A DNA stretch of 38,472 nucleotides from a virus (IMGVR_UViG_3300027711_000008:1-38472); one strand, 5' to 3'. Positions 26,548 through 36,075 are shown, counted from the stretch's first letter. Made by a program: numbers and translations. The notes: generated by a model not told the origin, from the letters alone.

Positions 26548-27041
26548 GCCGCCACCTCCAGTTTTTCGAAGTTCTCAAAGGCCATTTCAAATGGGTCTCT
26601 TTCTTCCCATGGAAATTCACCGGGGAATGTAAAGCGAACCGCTTGAAACCATTCGCCCACGGTCATCTTTCGGGTCCCCTTATTTGAGGTGCTGGCGTAG
26701 CCGTTAAACGGAACTTCCTTTGGATTGGCATCCTTGATCATCTGCAAAGCCTGCGCCTGATCCATATCTGCCCAAGCCTCGCCCATGAGGTCAGCGACAA
26801 GTGCAAACTGACTCATCGTCAGCATGGCGGTTGATGCCCGCTCGCTAGGGCTACACAGCTTGCAACCGGTTTTGATGTGGGTAACCGCAAATGTCCCAAA
26901 CGGAAACATCGTCACAGCAAGGCCGGGGCAAGATTTATGCGCAAGAGCTGGAACCTCTATTTCGCCGCCCTCGCGCATAACCTTGACTCTGATCTCTGCC
27001 AAGCCATCGAGATATTCAACGGGTTTCTGTTCGCCCTTCAT
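26544..27041 (-). CDS. Hypothetical protein
   Basis: Coupled ORF, AVTHIKTG motif. Confidence 0.65.
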   Translation of the reverse strand: MKGEQKPVEYLDGLAEIRVKVMREGGEIEVPALAHKSCPGLAVTMFPFGTFAVTHIKTGCKLCSPSERASTAMLTMSQFALVADLMGEAWADMDQAQALQMIKDANPKEVPFNGYASTSNKGTRKMTVGEWFQAVRFTFPGEFPWEERDPFEMAFENFEKLEVAA

Positions 27042-27301
27042 GCCGCCATCCTCCGAATTCCGGCAAGTGCCGCCACCTGCATCTGCTCAAGTTCGTGCCG
27101 GATCAGCCGCAACTTTGCTTCAAGCGCAGAGCTGTCCATCTCCAGAGAGGCCGCGTAGATTGTTTTTCCGCCTTCATCGACGGTGATTTCCCAGATGCGG
27201 TCTGCCCAATTAATCCGGTCAGTCACCACCGCTGAAAAATTGTCATTGATGCTCTGAAACAGCTTGCCAATCAGGGCCATTTCGTTTTCGAGAGTGTTCA
27301 T
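27038..27301 (-). CDS. Hypothetical protein
   Basis: Coupled ORF. Confidence 0.6.
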   Translation of the reverse strand: MNTLENEMALIGKLFQSINDNFSAVVTDRINWADRIWEITVDEGGKTIYAASLEMDSSALEAKLRLIRHELEQMQVAALAGIRRMAA

Positions 27302-27468
27302 GCTGCTACCTGTTTGATGTGATTCAGCTTGCGCTCATACTCAGCCAGCCGCTGGTCGTTGTTCTTTGGCTCAATGCCTGCCAGCTCGACCGAGCGTAAG
27401 GGTGCAGCCGTAGCGCCCTTGATGGGCTTCTGGCTGCCAGTGAAGGTGATGCGTTGGATTGTTGTCAT
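27298..27468 (-). CDS. First gene of leftward operon (56 aa, not in ORF track)
   Basis: MTTIQRITFTGSQKP...KQVAA; GAGG RBS; ATGA overlap with next gene. Confidence 0.55.
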   Translation of the reverse strand: MTTIQRITFTGSQKPIKGATAAPLRSVELAGIEPKNNDQRLAEYERKLNHIKQVAA

Positions 27469-27499
27469 GGTTTACTGCCTCTGTTTCGTGATTCGATGT

Positions 27500-27610
27500 C
27501 AGGATATTGAACTATACGTTCCGATACGTCAAGCGAGAAATTGACTATTTTTTAACGCTTGATGTATAGCGGGGCGATAGTATAGAATGACGTACATAAA
27601 GTTCAAACTG
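27500..27610. promoter_or_regulatory. Divergent early promoters with candidate operators
   Basis: Leftward TTGACG-N17-CAATAT, rightward TTGATG-N18-TAGAAT; GWAC-N5-GTTC sites at 27509-27521 and 27592-27604. Confidence 0.5.
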
Positions 27611-27619
27611 GAAATCAGC

Positions 27620-27886
27620 ATGACACTACTGAAGAAGATGATCGACAGCATACCGGGAAAGATTCCGGCTGCGGCAAAGGTTTGTGGCGTGTCCACCAGG
27701 GCTGTCTACAAGTGGACAGCAAGCGGTAGATTGCCAAGAACCGATTACACTGGAGAGACAGATTACGCAGAGCGCATGGCCGATGCCGCTGGTGGCGCAT
27801 TTAGTGCGGAGTGGCTAAAGTCTGCGACGATGCGCGATGCTAAGAAGGGGTCGAAGCCGCATCTAAGTCAAAAGCAAGCAGCCTGA
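27620..27886 (+). CDS. Cro-like HTH regulator
   Basis: AAAKVCGVSTRAVYKW...GRLPRTDYTGET; first gene of rightward operon. Confidence 0.8.
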   Translation: MTLLKKMIDSIPGKIPAAAKVCGVSTRAVYKWTASGRLPRTDYTGETDYAERMADAAGGAFSAEWLKSATMRDAKKGSKPHLSQKQAA

Positions 27887-27963
27887 ATTTCAGGCAATAA
27901 AAAACCCGGGTCATTGCTGGTTGGACAGCTCGCCGGGTTAATCACTAACTGAGGTAATTGTAA

Positions 27964-28557
27964 ATGTTTAAGTTTGAATTTCCAAGCGAAAAGCGGTTTG
28001 AAGACTATGTATGGCATCACATACAGAAATATAAAGAGTGCCCGATTACCGAGGAGCCGGTCAGCTTTGCTTATCGCCAGCCAGCGCTTACCGGTTATGG
28101 GATAGCGGACATTATAAAAGTGTACGTGAGCCCGTGCGAGCTAAATGTATCTGTCCTCGAACTGAAAAACGAACCACTCAAAGAGGCGCACCTCTCACAG
28201 GTCGCAAAGTACCTCTCCTGCATTAAAGATCTAATGCGCCCAGCATTAAACATTAATAGCCAGTATTTTTATGTATCGCTTGTTGCACAGCTTGCGGGGC
28301 CGTTTCAGAAAGACCGAAGTGATTTTCCTTTTTTGCTGAGCTGCCTAAAAGATATCGAGGTCTATGACGTTTGCGTCTCTATGGAGCGAGGCTTTCACTC
28401 TAAACCGATAGAGGACGGCTGGAGGTCCACGGGGCGGAAAATATCGGACAGGAAAAGGTTTAGAAAGGATGTGGTTTCAGAGTACAGAAATGCGCTGAGT
28501 AGAATCCAAAACAACATAGCGGGCAATCTTGAAAAGATGCCGTGGGAGGAAGCGTAA
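27964..28557 (+). CDS. Putative PD-(D/E)xK nuclease-fold protein
   Basis: SEKRFE...RQ..L..YGIADII...VLELK....Q...Y; AT-rich. Confidence 0.55.
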   Translation: MFKFEFPSEKRFEDYVWHHIQKYKECPITEEPVSFAYRQPALTGYGIADIIKVYVSPCELNVSVLELKNEPLKEAHLSQVAKYLSCIKDLMRPALNINSQYFYVSLVAQLAGPFQKDRSDFPFLLSCLKDIEVYDVCVSMERGFHSKPIEDGWRSTGRKISDRKRFRKDVVSEYRNALSRIQNNIAGNLEKMPWEEA

Positions 28558-28558
28558 A

Positions 28559-29380
28559 ATGGCTAGGGCAAGAAACTTGAAGCCAGGCTTCTTCGTTAAT
28601 GAATATCTTGGTACATGTGATCCGCTTGAGGCGCTTCTTTTCGAAGGGTTGTGGACGCTGTCAGACCGGTTTGGTCTTCTGGAAAACCGGCCCCTTAGAA
28701 TAAAAGCTCAGATATTCCCATACCGGAACCTTAGCCCTCAAGAAATTACTAGATTTGTACAGAACCTATCGGGTGCCGGATTCCTTAACCTCTACAGTGT
28801 AGATGGGGTGGAATACATAGAAATTTGCAACTTCTCAAAGCACCAAAACCCGCACAAGAACGAAAAGGGCGGGGAAATCCCAAAACCTCCGCAACCTCCT
28901 GAAAATAAAGAGGGTGATTCCAGTTCGAGTAATTACCAGAGCGATCAAGAAAAGCATCAAAGCGATCCGGATGAATCATGTATAAGGAATGAGGAATCCC
29001 TATTACATGAACCCAATAATAAGGGCTCAACGTCTGACGACGATTCGCCTGCCCGCAATGATCCCGACCTTGCCAGGAAATTCCCGCTCAAGGACGGAAC
29101 AGACTACACCGCTCCAGAGAATCTGGTTTCTGAACTCAAAGACACCTACCAAAACTTGGATGTTGAGTTCCATCTGAAGAAAGCCCGGCTATGGCTAATC
29201 ACCACACAATCCAAGCGAAAGACTGAACGAGGGATGCCTAAGTTTCTCAATGGCTGGATGAGTCGGCAGAGGCCAGCAGGCGAAGTCGTGCAAATCCAGA
29301 GCCGCCACACCGGTTTCGAAGATCGTGATTACAGCGAAGGCTTGATCGAGGGGGTGCCCGATGACGCAGCAAACTTCTGA
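28559..29380 (+). CDS. Replication initiator (lambda O analogue)
   Basis: MARARNLKPGFF...LWTLSDRFG.L..RP.RIKA.IFPY...NFSKHQNPH; upstream of DnaC-like gene. Confidence 0.8.
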   Translation: MARARNLKPGFFVNEYLGTCDPLEALLFEGLWTLSDRFGLLENRPLRIKAQIFPYRNLSPQEITRFVQNLSGAGFLNLYSVDGVEYIEICNFSKHQNPHKNEKGGEIPKPPQPPENKEGDSSSSNYQSDQEKHQSDPDESCIRNEESLLHEPNNKGSTSDDDSPARNDPDLARKFPLKDGTDYTAPENLVSELKDTYQNLDVEFHLKKARLWLITTQSKRKTERGMPKFLNGWMSRQRPAGEVVQIQSRHTGFEDRDYSEGLIEGVPDDAANF

Positions 29381-30212
29381 AAAAAGAACTGGCGAGGCCA
29401 AAGAGCCTTTGTTCTCCGATGCAGTCTTTGACCGCATGTTTGGGGTGATCGACAAGCGCTCAGGCAAGTGCGAAGAGCACGGCGATTATGTGGACGTTTA
29501 TTTTTCAGGCGAAAAAAACGCCCCGAAGGGCTGGAAGGGTTGCCCTGAATGCTCCCGCATTGCCCACGAAGAGACCCGAAAGCGCGAAGAGCAAGAGCGC
29601 CAGGCCGAAATGTACCGGGAGCGCATCGAGCGCACGGTTAATCTTTCCGGCATACCGGCCCGCTTCAAAGAAAAAACCTTCGACAATTTCGAAGCCGTGA
29701 ACCGAAAAGCGGAAAACCATCTGGCCAAAGTTAAATCCTACGCCGATCTGGTGTGCAGTGAAGATCACGAAGGGCGCTGCCTGCTCATGCTTGGCAAGGT
29801 TGGTAACGGGAAAACACATCTGGCCTGTGCACTTCTGGCGCACACAATCCGCACAACCGGCCATGCCTGCCACTACTGGACATTCTCAGAGTTGGTGCGC
29901 GCCGTCAAAGGCTCGTTTGCCAAAGGTGCGGAGTATTCCGAAGAGGAAGTTTATCGGGATTTTGCACGCCCTCGGCTGGTTGTGCTCGACGAAGTTGGAA
30001 TGCAGAACTTTACCGACTTTGAGCAAGCCGTCGCTTACGAGGCCGTAAACGCCCGTTACTTGGCACAACGACCAACTGTAGTCATAAGCAACCTTCAAGC
30101 CAAAGACCTGCCTCTGTGCATCGGTGAGCGCGTTGTAGACCGTTTGCGCGAGGGTGGCGGTCGTGCCCTCGACTTTGACTGGAAATCTTACCGTGTCGGA
30201 GGTGCTGCATGA
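29361..30212 (+). CDS. DnaC/IstB-like helicase loader ATPase
   Basis: GIPARF..KTFDNF, GKVGNGKTHLA, VVLDEVG, RVVDRL, FDWKSYR. Confidence 0.9.
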   Translation: MTQQTSEKRTGEAKEPLFSDAVFDRMFGVIDKRSGKCEEHGDYVDVYFSGEKNAPKGWKGCPECSRIAHEETRKREEQERQAEMYRERIERTVNLSGIPARFKEKTFDNFEAVNRKAENHLAKVKSYADLVCSEDHEGRCLLMLGKVGNGKTHLACALLAHTIRTTGHACHYWTFSELVRAVKGSFAKGAEYSEEEVYRDFARPRLVVLDEVGMQNFTDFEQAVAYEAVNARYLAQRPTVVISNLQAKDLPLCIGERVVDRLREGGGRALDFDWKSYRVGGAA

Positions 30213-30526
30213 AGCTGCAAAAAGTCTGCGCCCTGTACATGGAAGGATTGCGCCTGCGCGACCAGGCCGCACAACTCAGCCAACACATGCTCGCCAAGAA
30301 GTTTGAGCGCGCGCACAAAACCATCAGCAAGGTCGTAAACGGCATTCCGTGCAATGTCCCTGAAGACGAGCAGAGGTTGATCCGCGAATGCTCGTCAGAG
30401 CGTGACCGGCTGAAGTCGAAAGCCACTGAGCTTTCACTGATGCGCCTATGCACAAAGTACCGGATTTCTCACCACACCGTAGTCGCCGAACTTGAGCGCC
30501 TGGATGCGTGGAGGGCTGCGGCATGA
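30209..30526 (+). CDS. Hypothetical protein
   Basis: Coupled ORF. Confidence 0.6.
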   Translation: MKLQKVCALYMEGLRLRDQAAQLSQHMLAKKFERAHKTISKVVNGIPCNVPEDEQRLIRECSSERDRLKSKATELSLMRLCTKYRISHHTVVAELERLDAWRAAA

Positions 30527-31437
30527 GAGTGATTGACTTGTTTTCAGGCGCTGGAGGGTTCAGTACCGGCGCGCAAATGGCCGGTTGTGATGTTGTTTGG
30601 GCGGCCAACCATTGGCCTGATGCGGTTGAGTGGCACAGCAAGAATCATCCTGACGCGATGCACATCTGCCAAGACTTACACCAGGCCGACTGGTCGAAGG
30701 TTCCGGTGCACGACATGATGCTGGCCTCTCCGTGCTGCCAAGGTCACAGCAAGGCGCGAGGCAAAGCCAAGGGCAACCCGCAGCACGATGCAAGCCGAAG
30801 CACTGCATGGGCGGTTGTATCAGCCGCTGAGTACCACAAGCCGAAAATCATCATCGTGGAGAACGTGCCGGAGTTTCTGGACTGGCAGTTGTATCGCCCT
30901 TGGGAGCTGGCCATGAATGCCCTTGGATACGCCGTAAGCCCGCACATCATCGACGCTGCCGACCTGGGAGCGCCACAGAACCGGATACGCATGTTCCTGG
31001 TACTGACCCAGACCAAATCGCCGCTCCTGCTGAGCCTGCCGAAAATGACTCACAAGCCAGCGACATCGTTCATCGACTTTAAGGCTGGCAACTGGTCATT
31101 GATTGATAAGCCTGGCCGAGCAAAGGCAACGCTTGAGCGCGTAGCTGCTGGCAGATCTGCATTCGGTGATCGCTTCCTGACCTCGTACTACGGGAACACC
31201 AAAACAGGCCGGAGCCTTGACCGGCCAATTGGCACCATCACAACCCGTGACCGGTGGGCAATCATCGACGGTGATCGGATGCGGATGCTATCGCGCTGGG
31301 AATGTCGGGACGCCATGAGCTTTCCAGAGACTTATCAGTTACCGGACAACCACCGACTGGCTGTGCACCTGATGGGTAATGCCGTGTGCCCCGAGCCAGT
31401 AAAACAAATCATCAACGCAGTGAGGCAGGCAGCATGA
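30523..31437 (+). CDS. DNA cytosine-5 methyltransferase
   Basis: DLFSGAGG, SPCCQG, ENV, Q.R.R, GNAV motifs. Confidence 0.92.
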   Translation: MRVIDLFSGAGGFSTGAQMAGCDVVWAANHWPDAVEWHSKNHPDAMHICQDLHQADWSKVPVHDMMLASPCCQGHSKARGKAKGNPQHDASRSTAWAVVSAAEYHKPKIIIVENVPEFLDWQLYRPWELAMNALGYAVSPHIIDAADLGAPQNRIRMFLVLTQTKSPLLLSLPKMTHKPATSFIDFKAGNWSLIDKPGRAKATLERVAAGRSAFGDRFLTSYYGNTKTGRSLDRPIGTITTRDRWAIIDGDRMRMLSRWECRDAMSFPETYQLPDNHRLAVHLMGNAVCPEPVKQIINAVRQAA

Positions 31438-31631
31438 CCCAATGCAAACACTGCCAGATCGGCACACCACTACAACACGGCATCCACATGTGCGAATTCC
31501 ACATGGAGCCGTGCGAGCGCTCAAAAGTCACTCAAAAGTTCAAGCTTGAGCCAATGGAGCGCGACACCTGGCACCAGCCTGCAAAGCGGGTTAAATCGGA
31601 TGCGCCTTTTGTAGTTGGGGGTGGGAGATGA
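31434..31631 (+). CDS. Small Cys/His-containing hypothetical protein
   Basis: MTQCKHC...; ATGA overlaps. Confidence 0.5.
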   Translation: MTQCKHCQIGTPLQHGIHMCEFHMEPCERSKVTQKFKLEPMERDTWHQPAKRVKSDAPFVVGGGR

Positions 31632-33220
31632 GCGCCGCCGTACAGCCTTTGACTGAATCACAATTCTTCGCACCTGCCAGCACGGACATGGTAGATGGCC
31701 TTGTTGGTCGATACCGGTCTGAGCGTGACCGCATGGAGCGTGTCGTTGATTACCTCTCCGGCGATGACTTCAAGTCGGTTGTCAGCTATTTCGAGGATGC
31801 AGCAAGACGCAAGGATCATAGAGCCGGATCTACGCCAAGCTTCCGGCTAGAGCAGGGGGTGGCCGCGCTGAATGCAAGCTATTGGCAGCAAGCCCTGAGC
31901 CTGACCGACGTTCTGGACTTCATGCCGAGCAAGCGCCGTGAAGAGTGGTTCAGCCAGATCCAAAAAATGGAAACGCCGGACTTCGAAGAGTCAACAGTTC
32001 GGGCAACACTTTCTGGAATGCTAGCCGCCCGCATGGACTTCCTTGCCGAAAAGGTTGACGGAATTTTTCGAGCCCTGAGTAAGACCCATATCACCAACCA
32101 GCCGGAAGGGTTTGGAAAGCGCATGATCCTGACCGGCGTCACGGATAGCTGGGGCTCATACGGCCGGCAGCAGACAGGCCACATCAACGATCTGCGCCAG
32201 GTTATTGCTAAATTCATGGGCCGTGATGAGCCGGACTACAACGCCAGCAACCGGGTTGTTGAGATTGCCAGAGAGAATCACCGGGGCGAATGGATAACTG
32301 TAGACGGCGGGGCGCTTCGGGTTCGTTGCTACCTGAACGGCAATGCCCACATTGAGATTCACCCGGACATATCCTGGCGCCTGAACGAGATCCTGCACCA
32401 CCTGTACCCGACCGCCATTCCATCTCGATTCCGGCAGAAGCCGAAGCGCAAGGTAAAAGAATTTACCTTGATGGAAAGACCTTTACCTTTTGCCGTGCTG
32501 GAAGTTCTGCACAGGATGAGACCAGCTTACGACACGGCAGAGCGTAGCCGGAGCATGATCCCGAATACCGTTCGCATAGATGCGCACGGGAAGGACAAGC
32601 ACGTTATTGCTGAGGTTGAGCAGGTGCTGGAGTTGTTGGGCGGCGTGAAGCAGAGCACCAACGCCTACAGCTGGTATCAGTTTGACTACGACCCGGACCC
32701 GGTCATAAAAGAGATCGTGTGCACCGGCGTTATCCCTGACCAGAAAAGCCACCAGTATTACCCGACACCCGAAGGTATTGCGCGGGATGCGGTGGAGTTG
32801 GCCGAGCTTGAGATTGACATGTTGGTGCTTGAGCCTTCAGCCGGAACCGGAGGTCTCGCTGACATAATTCAGAAGTATGCGCCGGTTCAATGCGTAGAGA
32901 TAAGCGGCCTGCACAGTCGTGTTCTTGAGAGCAAGGGCCATGCGGTTCACAAGGTCGATTTTCTCAAGTGGGGTACTGAACACCTATTCCCGCGCATAGT
33001 AATGAACCCGCCTTATAGCCAGGGCCGCTGGCAGGCTCACATCGAACACGCGGCAACCATGCTTCGGCCTGATGGCGTGCTGGTAGCGATCCTGCCATCC
33101 AGCGCAAAAGGCAAAGGGCTTATTCCAGGCTACTCGCACACCTATTCCCGAGTTTACGAAAACCAGTTCAAGGGCGCGTCCGTTGACGTGGTGATCGTGA
33201 AGATGGAGGCGCAATCATGA
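31628..33220 (+). CDS. DUF4942-like domain plus class I SAM-dependent (N6-adenine type) DNA methyltransferase
   Basis: YYPTP, LEPSAGTG, MNPPY motifs; N-terminal LS..H.TN...GFGKRMI domain. Confidence 0.85.
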   Translation: MSAAVQPLTESQFFAPASTDMVDGLVGRYRSERDRMERVVDYLSGDDFKSVVSYFEDAARRKDHRAGSTPSFRLEQGVAALNASYWQQALSLTDVLDFMPSKRREEWFSQIQKMETPDFEESTVRATLSGMLAARMDFLAEKVDGIFRALSKTHITNQPEGFGKRMILTGVTDSWGSYGRQQTGHINDLRQVIAKFMGRDEPDYNASNRVVEIARENHRGEWITVDGGALRVRCYLNGNAHIEIHPDISWRLNEILHHLYPTAIPSRFRQKPKRKVKEFTLMERPLPFAVLEVLHRMRPAYDTAERSRSMIPNTVRIDAHGKDKHVIAEVEQVLELLGGVKQSTNAYSWYQFDYDPDPVIKEIVCTGVIPDQKSHQYYPTPEGIARDAVELAELEIDMLVLEPSAGTGGLADIIQKYAPVQCVEISGLHSRVLESKGHAVHKVDFLKWGTEHLFPRIVMNPPYSQGRWQAHIEHAATMLRPDGVLVAILPSSAKGKGLIPGYSHTYSRVYENQFKGASVDVVIVKMEAQS

Positions 33221-33468
33221 CTGGCACAGGAAAACACAGCAGAGAGGCAGCAAAAGACAGCATGGCGGAAAATGGCAGAACGCAGCACGAGATCATTCTT
33301 GAGGCGCTGGAGGCCAGACCGCTATCGCGCTATGAGATTGCCAGCCTTATCGGCACAAACCCGCTGGCAGCCATGAGGCCAATTGCTCAGCTGAGAGAGG
33401 CGGGGCGCGTGAGGGTAACAGGAAATGGCGATTATGAGCTGATACCGGACTTTGGGGGTGCGGCGTGA
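33217..33468 (+). CDS. Winged-HTH small protein
   Basis: ILEALEARPLSRYEIASLIG...IAQLREAGRV. Confidence 0.6.
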   Translation: MTGTGKHSREAAKDSMAENGRTQHEIILEALEARPLSRYEIASLIGTNPLAAMRPIAQLREAGRVRVTGNGDYELIPDFGGAA

Positions 33469-33908
33469 GTCGGCGCGAACTGGTAAAGCTAATCAAATCC
33501 CCTGACGACATATTCCCCGCCGCGCAGTGTGTGAGCCAGATGGCACACAAAGGGCTCCCCGCTGGAAGCGTTCAGATCACTGTAGGCCGTGAGAAGCGCA
33601 GCACCGACCAGAACAGCAAGCTGTGGCCAATGCTTGGCGACGTTGCCGAACAGGTCGAATGGTACGGGCAGAAGCTGTCAGACGAGGATTGGAAGCATGT
33701 ATTCACGGCAAGTCTAACAAAGCAGCGGGCGGTGCCTGGTATTGATGGCGGGTTTGTCGTGCTGGGCCAGTCTACCAGGAACATGAAAAAGGATGAATTC
33801 AGCGATCTGATCGAACTGATGTACGCTTTCGGCGCTGAGCACGGAGTCCAGTGGTCAGAAAAGGCGCTGGCGATCTATGACGAGATGATGGAGGCGAGGG
33901 CGGCATGA
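33465..33908 (+). CDS. ninB: NinB/Orf family recombination protein
   Basis: RSTDQNSKLWPMLGDVAEQVEW.G.KL..EDWK..F...VPGIDGGFVVLG.ST..M. Confidence 0.92.
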   Translation: MSRRELVKLIKSPDDIFPAAQCVSQMAHKGLPAGSVQITVGREKRSTDQNSKLWPMLGDVAEQVEWYGQKLSDEDWKHVFTASLTKQRAVPGIDGGFVVLGQSTRNMKKDEFSDLIELMYAFGAEHGVQWSEKALAIYDEMMEARAA

Positions 33909-34093
33909 TCCACAAAGGCACTGGCCAAACCCGGCGAAAAGAAAAGCGCGAACTGTCTGACGAGATCGAGCGCCAGACGGCGGAATATTTGGCAAGAAAA
34001 AGCAAGATCCAGGCGGAAGATGTAGACAAGACGAAAGTGGTGGGTCTGACATGGCGCAACTACGCGCAGACGGCGATGGAGGATGTGGAGTGA
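33905..34093 (+). CDS. Hypothetical protein
   Basis: Coupled ORF. Confidence 0.55.
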   Translation: MIHKGTGQTRRKEKRELSDEIERQTAEYLARKSKIQAEDVDKTKVVGLTWRNYAQTAMEDVE

Positions 34094-34641
34094 AGAAGTG
34101 CCGGGTGTGCAAGGCCAAGTTTGAGCCGTTTAACTCGCTGCAGGTGGCCTGCTCTGCATCGTGCGCCCTGCAGTATGCGCAGAAAGACCTGCAGAAAGCC
34201 GCAGAAAGAAAGGCCAAGGAGCAGCGCAAGTGGGTGCGAGAGCAGAAAGAGCGCCTGAAAAGTCGCGGGGATCACACCAGAGAGGCGCAGCAAGCCTTCA
34301 ATGCCTATATCCGGGAGCGTGACGCAGACCTGCCGTGCATATCGTGCGGCACCTACACGGCTGGCCAGTATCACGCGGGGCACTATCGCACCACCAAGGC
34401 AGCGCCAGAACTCCGGTTTGACGAGGCCAACGTGAATAAACAATGTGCACAATGCAACAACTTCGACAGCGGCAATATCGTTGAGTATCGCATCAATCTG
34501 ATTAAGCGCATCGGGCAGGCGGAAGTTGATCGACTGGAAGGGTTGACGCCGCCAAAGCACTACACCATAGACGACCTGAAAGAGATCAAGGCCAAGTACC
34601 GGGCCATGAAGCGCGAACTTGATCGGGAGAGGGCAGCATGA
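34090..34641 (+). CDS. ninG: NinG/Rap endonuclease
   Basis: AQQAFNAYIRERD..LPCISCG...HAGHYR...APELRFDE.N..KQC..CN. Confidence 0.92.
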   Translation: MKKCRVCKAKFEPFNSLQVACSASCALQYAQKDLQKAAERKAKEQRKWVREQKERLKSRGDHTREAQQAFNAYIRERDADLPCISCGTYTAGQYHAGHYRTTKAAPELRFDEANVNKQCAQCNNFDSGNIVEYRINLIKRIGQAEVDRLEGLTPPKHYTIDDLKEIKAKYRAMKRELDRERAA

Positions 34642-34997
34642 GTTTTGACGAGAACCGCATGGACATAATCGGACAAAACGGCAACACGGCAGAGCATTAC
34701 GATCCTCCCGCAGCAGAATTTAAGCGCACAGCGCCTGAGTTCTTGCGGCAAGCCGAACAACTAATGATCGAGCGCGGCAAGCAATACGACCAGCCGGACG
34801 GTGAGCGCAGCATGGGGCGAGCGATTGAAGCGTTTAATGCTGTCACCGGAAAAGATCTGTCAGAGCCTGATGGGTGGCTGCTCATGAGCCTTCTCAAGCG
34901 CGTGAGGCAGTACAGCGGGGGTTACCACAAGGACAGCGCCGAAGATGCAGTAGCTTATGCCGCACTGGAAGCTGAAGCGCTGGAAAGGGTGAGGTGA
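34638..34997 (+). CDS. Hypothetical phage protein (DUF6378-like)
   Basis: ERGKQYD...GERSM...AFNA.TG..L....GWLLM.LLK.VR...H.DS.ED..AYAAL. Confidence 0.7.
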   Translation: MSFDENRMDIIGQNGNTAEHYDPPAAEFKRTAPEFLRQAEQLMIERGKQYDQPDGERSMGRAIEAFNAVTGKDLSEPDGWLLMSLLKRVRQYSGGYHKDSAEDAVAYAALEAEALERVR

Positions 34998-35122
34998 TCC
35001 AGCTAACCGCCATAGTGGATGGTAAGCAGGCCACGATGCTGACCGGTAACAGCATCGAAGAGGCCGAAAGAAGTTGCCGGGACAGGTTTGGGGCGATGTT
35101 TAACGAAATGCGGGGATGAGAT

Positions 35123-35617
35123 ATGGCGATGGTTGAGCGCACGACGGAAAGCAGGGCGGCACGAAAGCAGGCGGAAGTGATCGTTGATATGGCGCTGGAC
35201 GTGATGCTGGACGCCGACAATGACATTGCCTGGCAAGGGCGCAGCATTATAGGGGCGCTGGTGGATTTCAAGGGCGAGATACCCAGATCGTCTGGGTTCA
35301 GCGGGTTCTGCAAGCTGGCAGGCAAGATCGATCGCATGAAGCGCTGGAGCGATATGCACTTGATGGCCTGCATGGTAGTGCGCAATTTGTCCGACCGGCA
35401 GCGTGAGGCGGTGGCGTATGACCGGTTTTACCGGGGCAGAACCAAGGCGGCCATTGACCCATTCACGCCGGAGAAGCGCATTGAGATTTATTGGGACGAC
35501 CAGAGGTGTGCGGATAGCCTGCGATGCTCAGTATCAGCGTTCCGGAGCCGGGTGTATGAGGGGTACAGTTCGATAGAGTCGATGATGCAGGCTCAGGTTA
35601 CAAGGCGGGCAGCCTGA
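35123..35617 (+). CDS. Putative late-gene regulator (Q antiterminator position)
   Basis: C-terminal HTH (CADSLRCSVSAFRSRV); directly upstream of promoter-terminator pair and lysis genes. Confidence 0.55.
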   Translation: MAMVERTTESRAARKQAEVIVDMALDVMLDADNDIAWQGRSIIGALVDFKGEIPRSSGFSGFCKLAGKIDRMKRWSDMHLMACMVVRNLSDRQREAVAYDRFYRGRTKAAIDPFTPEKRIEIYWDDQRCADSLRCSVSAFRSRVYEGYSSIESMMQAQVTRRAA

Positions 35618-35628
35618 CAAAAGACTGT

Positions 35629-35656
35629 TTGACAATTTCGGATCAGAGTGTAGACT
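35629..35656 (+). promoter_or_regulatory. Late promoter (pR'-like)
   Basis: TTGACA-N16-TAGACT. Confidence 0.6.
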
Positions 35657-35682
35657 TGGAATCACGGTCAAAGTTGACCCCG

Positions 35683-35718
35683 AAAACCGCCCTCACACCA
35701 GAGCTGGCGGTTTTTTTG
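35683..35718 (+). terminator. tR'-like intrinsic terminator
   Basis: AAAACCGCC...GGCGGTTTTTTT. Confidence 0.7.
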
Positions 35719-35748
35719 TGCCCAAACAAAGCCAGCCGGGAGACGAAG

Positions 35749-36075
35749 ATGGCTACTTGCGATTATCAAGAAGAGATTAAAGCCAAGGGTTTGAATGCGC
35801 CGCGTGTTACGCCAGACCACATTGAAAGCGTTATTGTGGCCGGAAGCTATCATGTATTTCCTGGCACTACGGTAACGGTATGCTGCCTGACTTTGCGCAA
35901 CGGCTTCACCGTGATTGGCGAGTCAGCCTGCGCAGACCCTGCCAACTTCAACGAAGAGCTTGGCCGGAAAATCGCCCACGACAATGCTAAAAACAAGATT
36001 TGGCAACTTGAGGGGTATCTTCTCCGTCAAGAGTTGAGCCAGAAAGAATCCGTGGCAGACTGCCAAACAGCGTAA
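35749..36075 (+). CDS. Phage Gp49/66-family protein
   Basis: APRVT..HIE...TVCCLTLRNGFTV.GESAC..P.NF..ELGRKIA..NA..KIW.LEGYLL. Confidence 0.8.
   Translation: MATCDYQEEIKAKGLNAPRVTPDHIESVIVAGSYHVFPGTTVTVCCLTLRNGFTVIGESACADPANFNEELGRKIAHDNAKNKIWQLEGYLLRQELSQKESVADCQTA

Noticed and set aside
34994-35119. 41-codon ORF (MIQLTAIVDGKQ...) before the Q-like gene
   Set aside because: Plausibly real (GTGA overlap) but too short to support or assign
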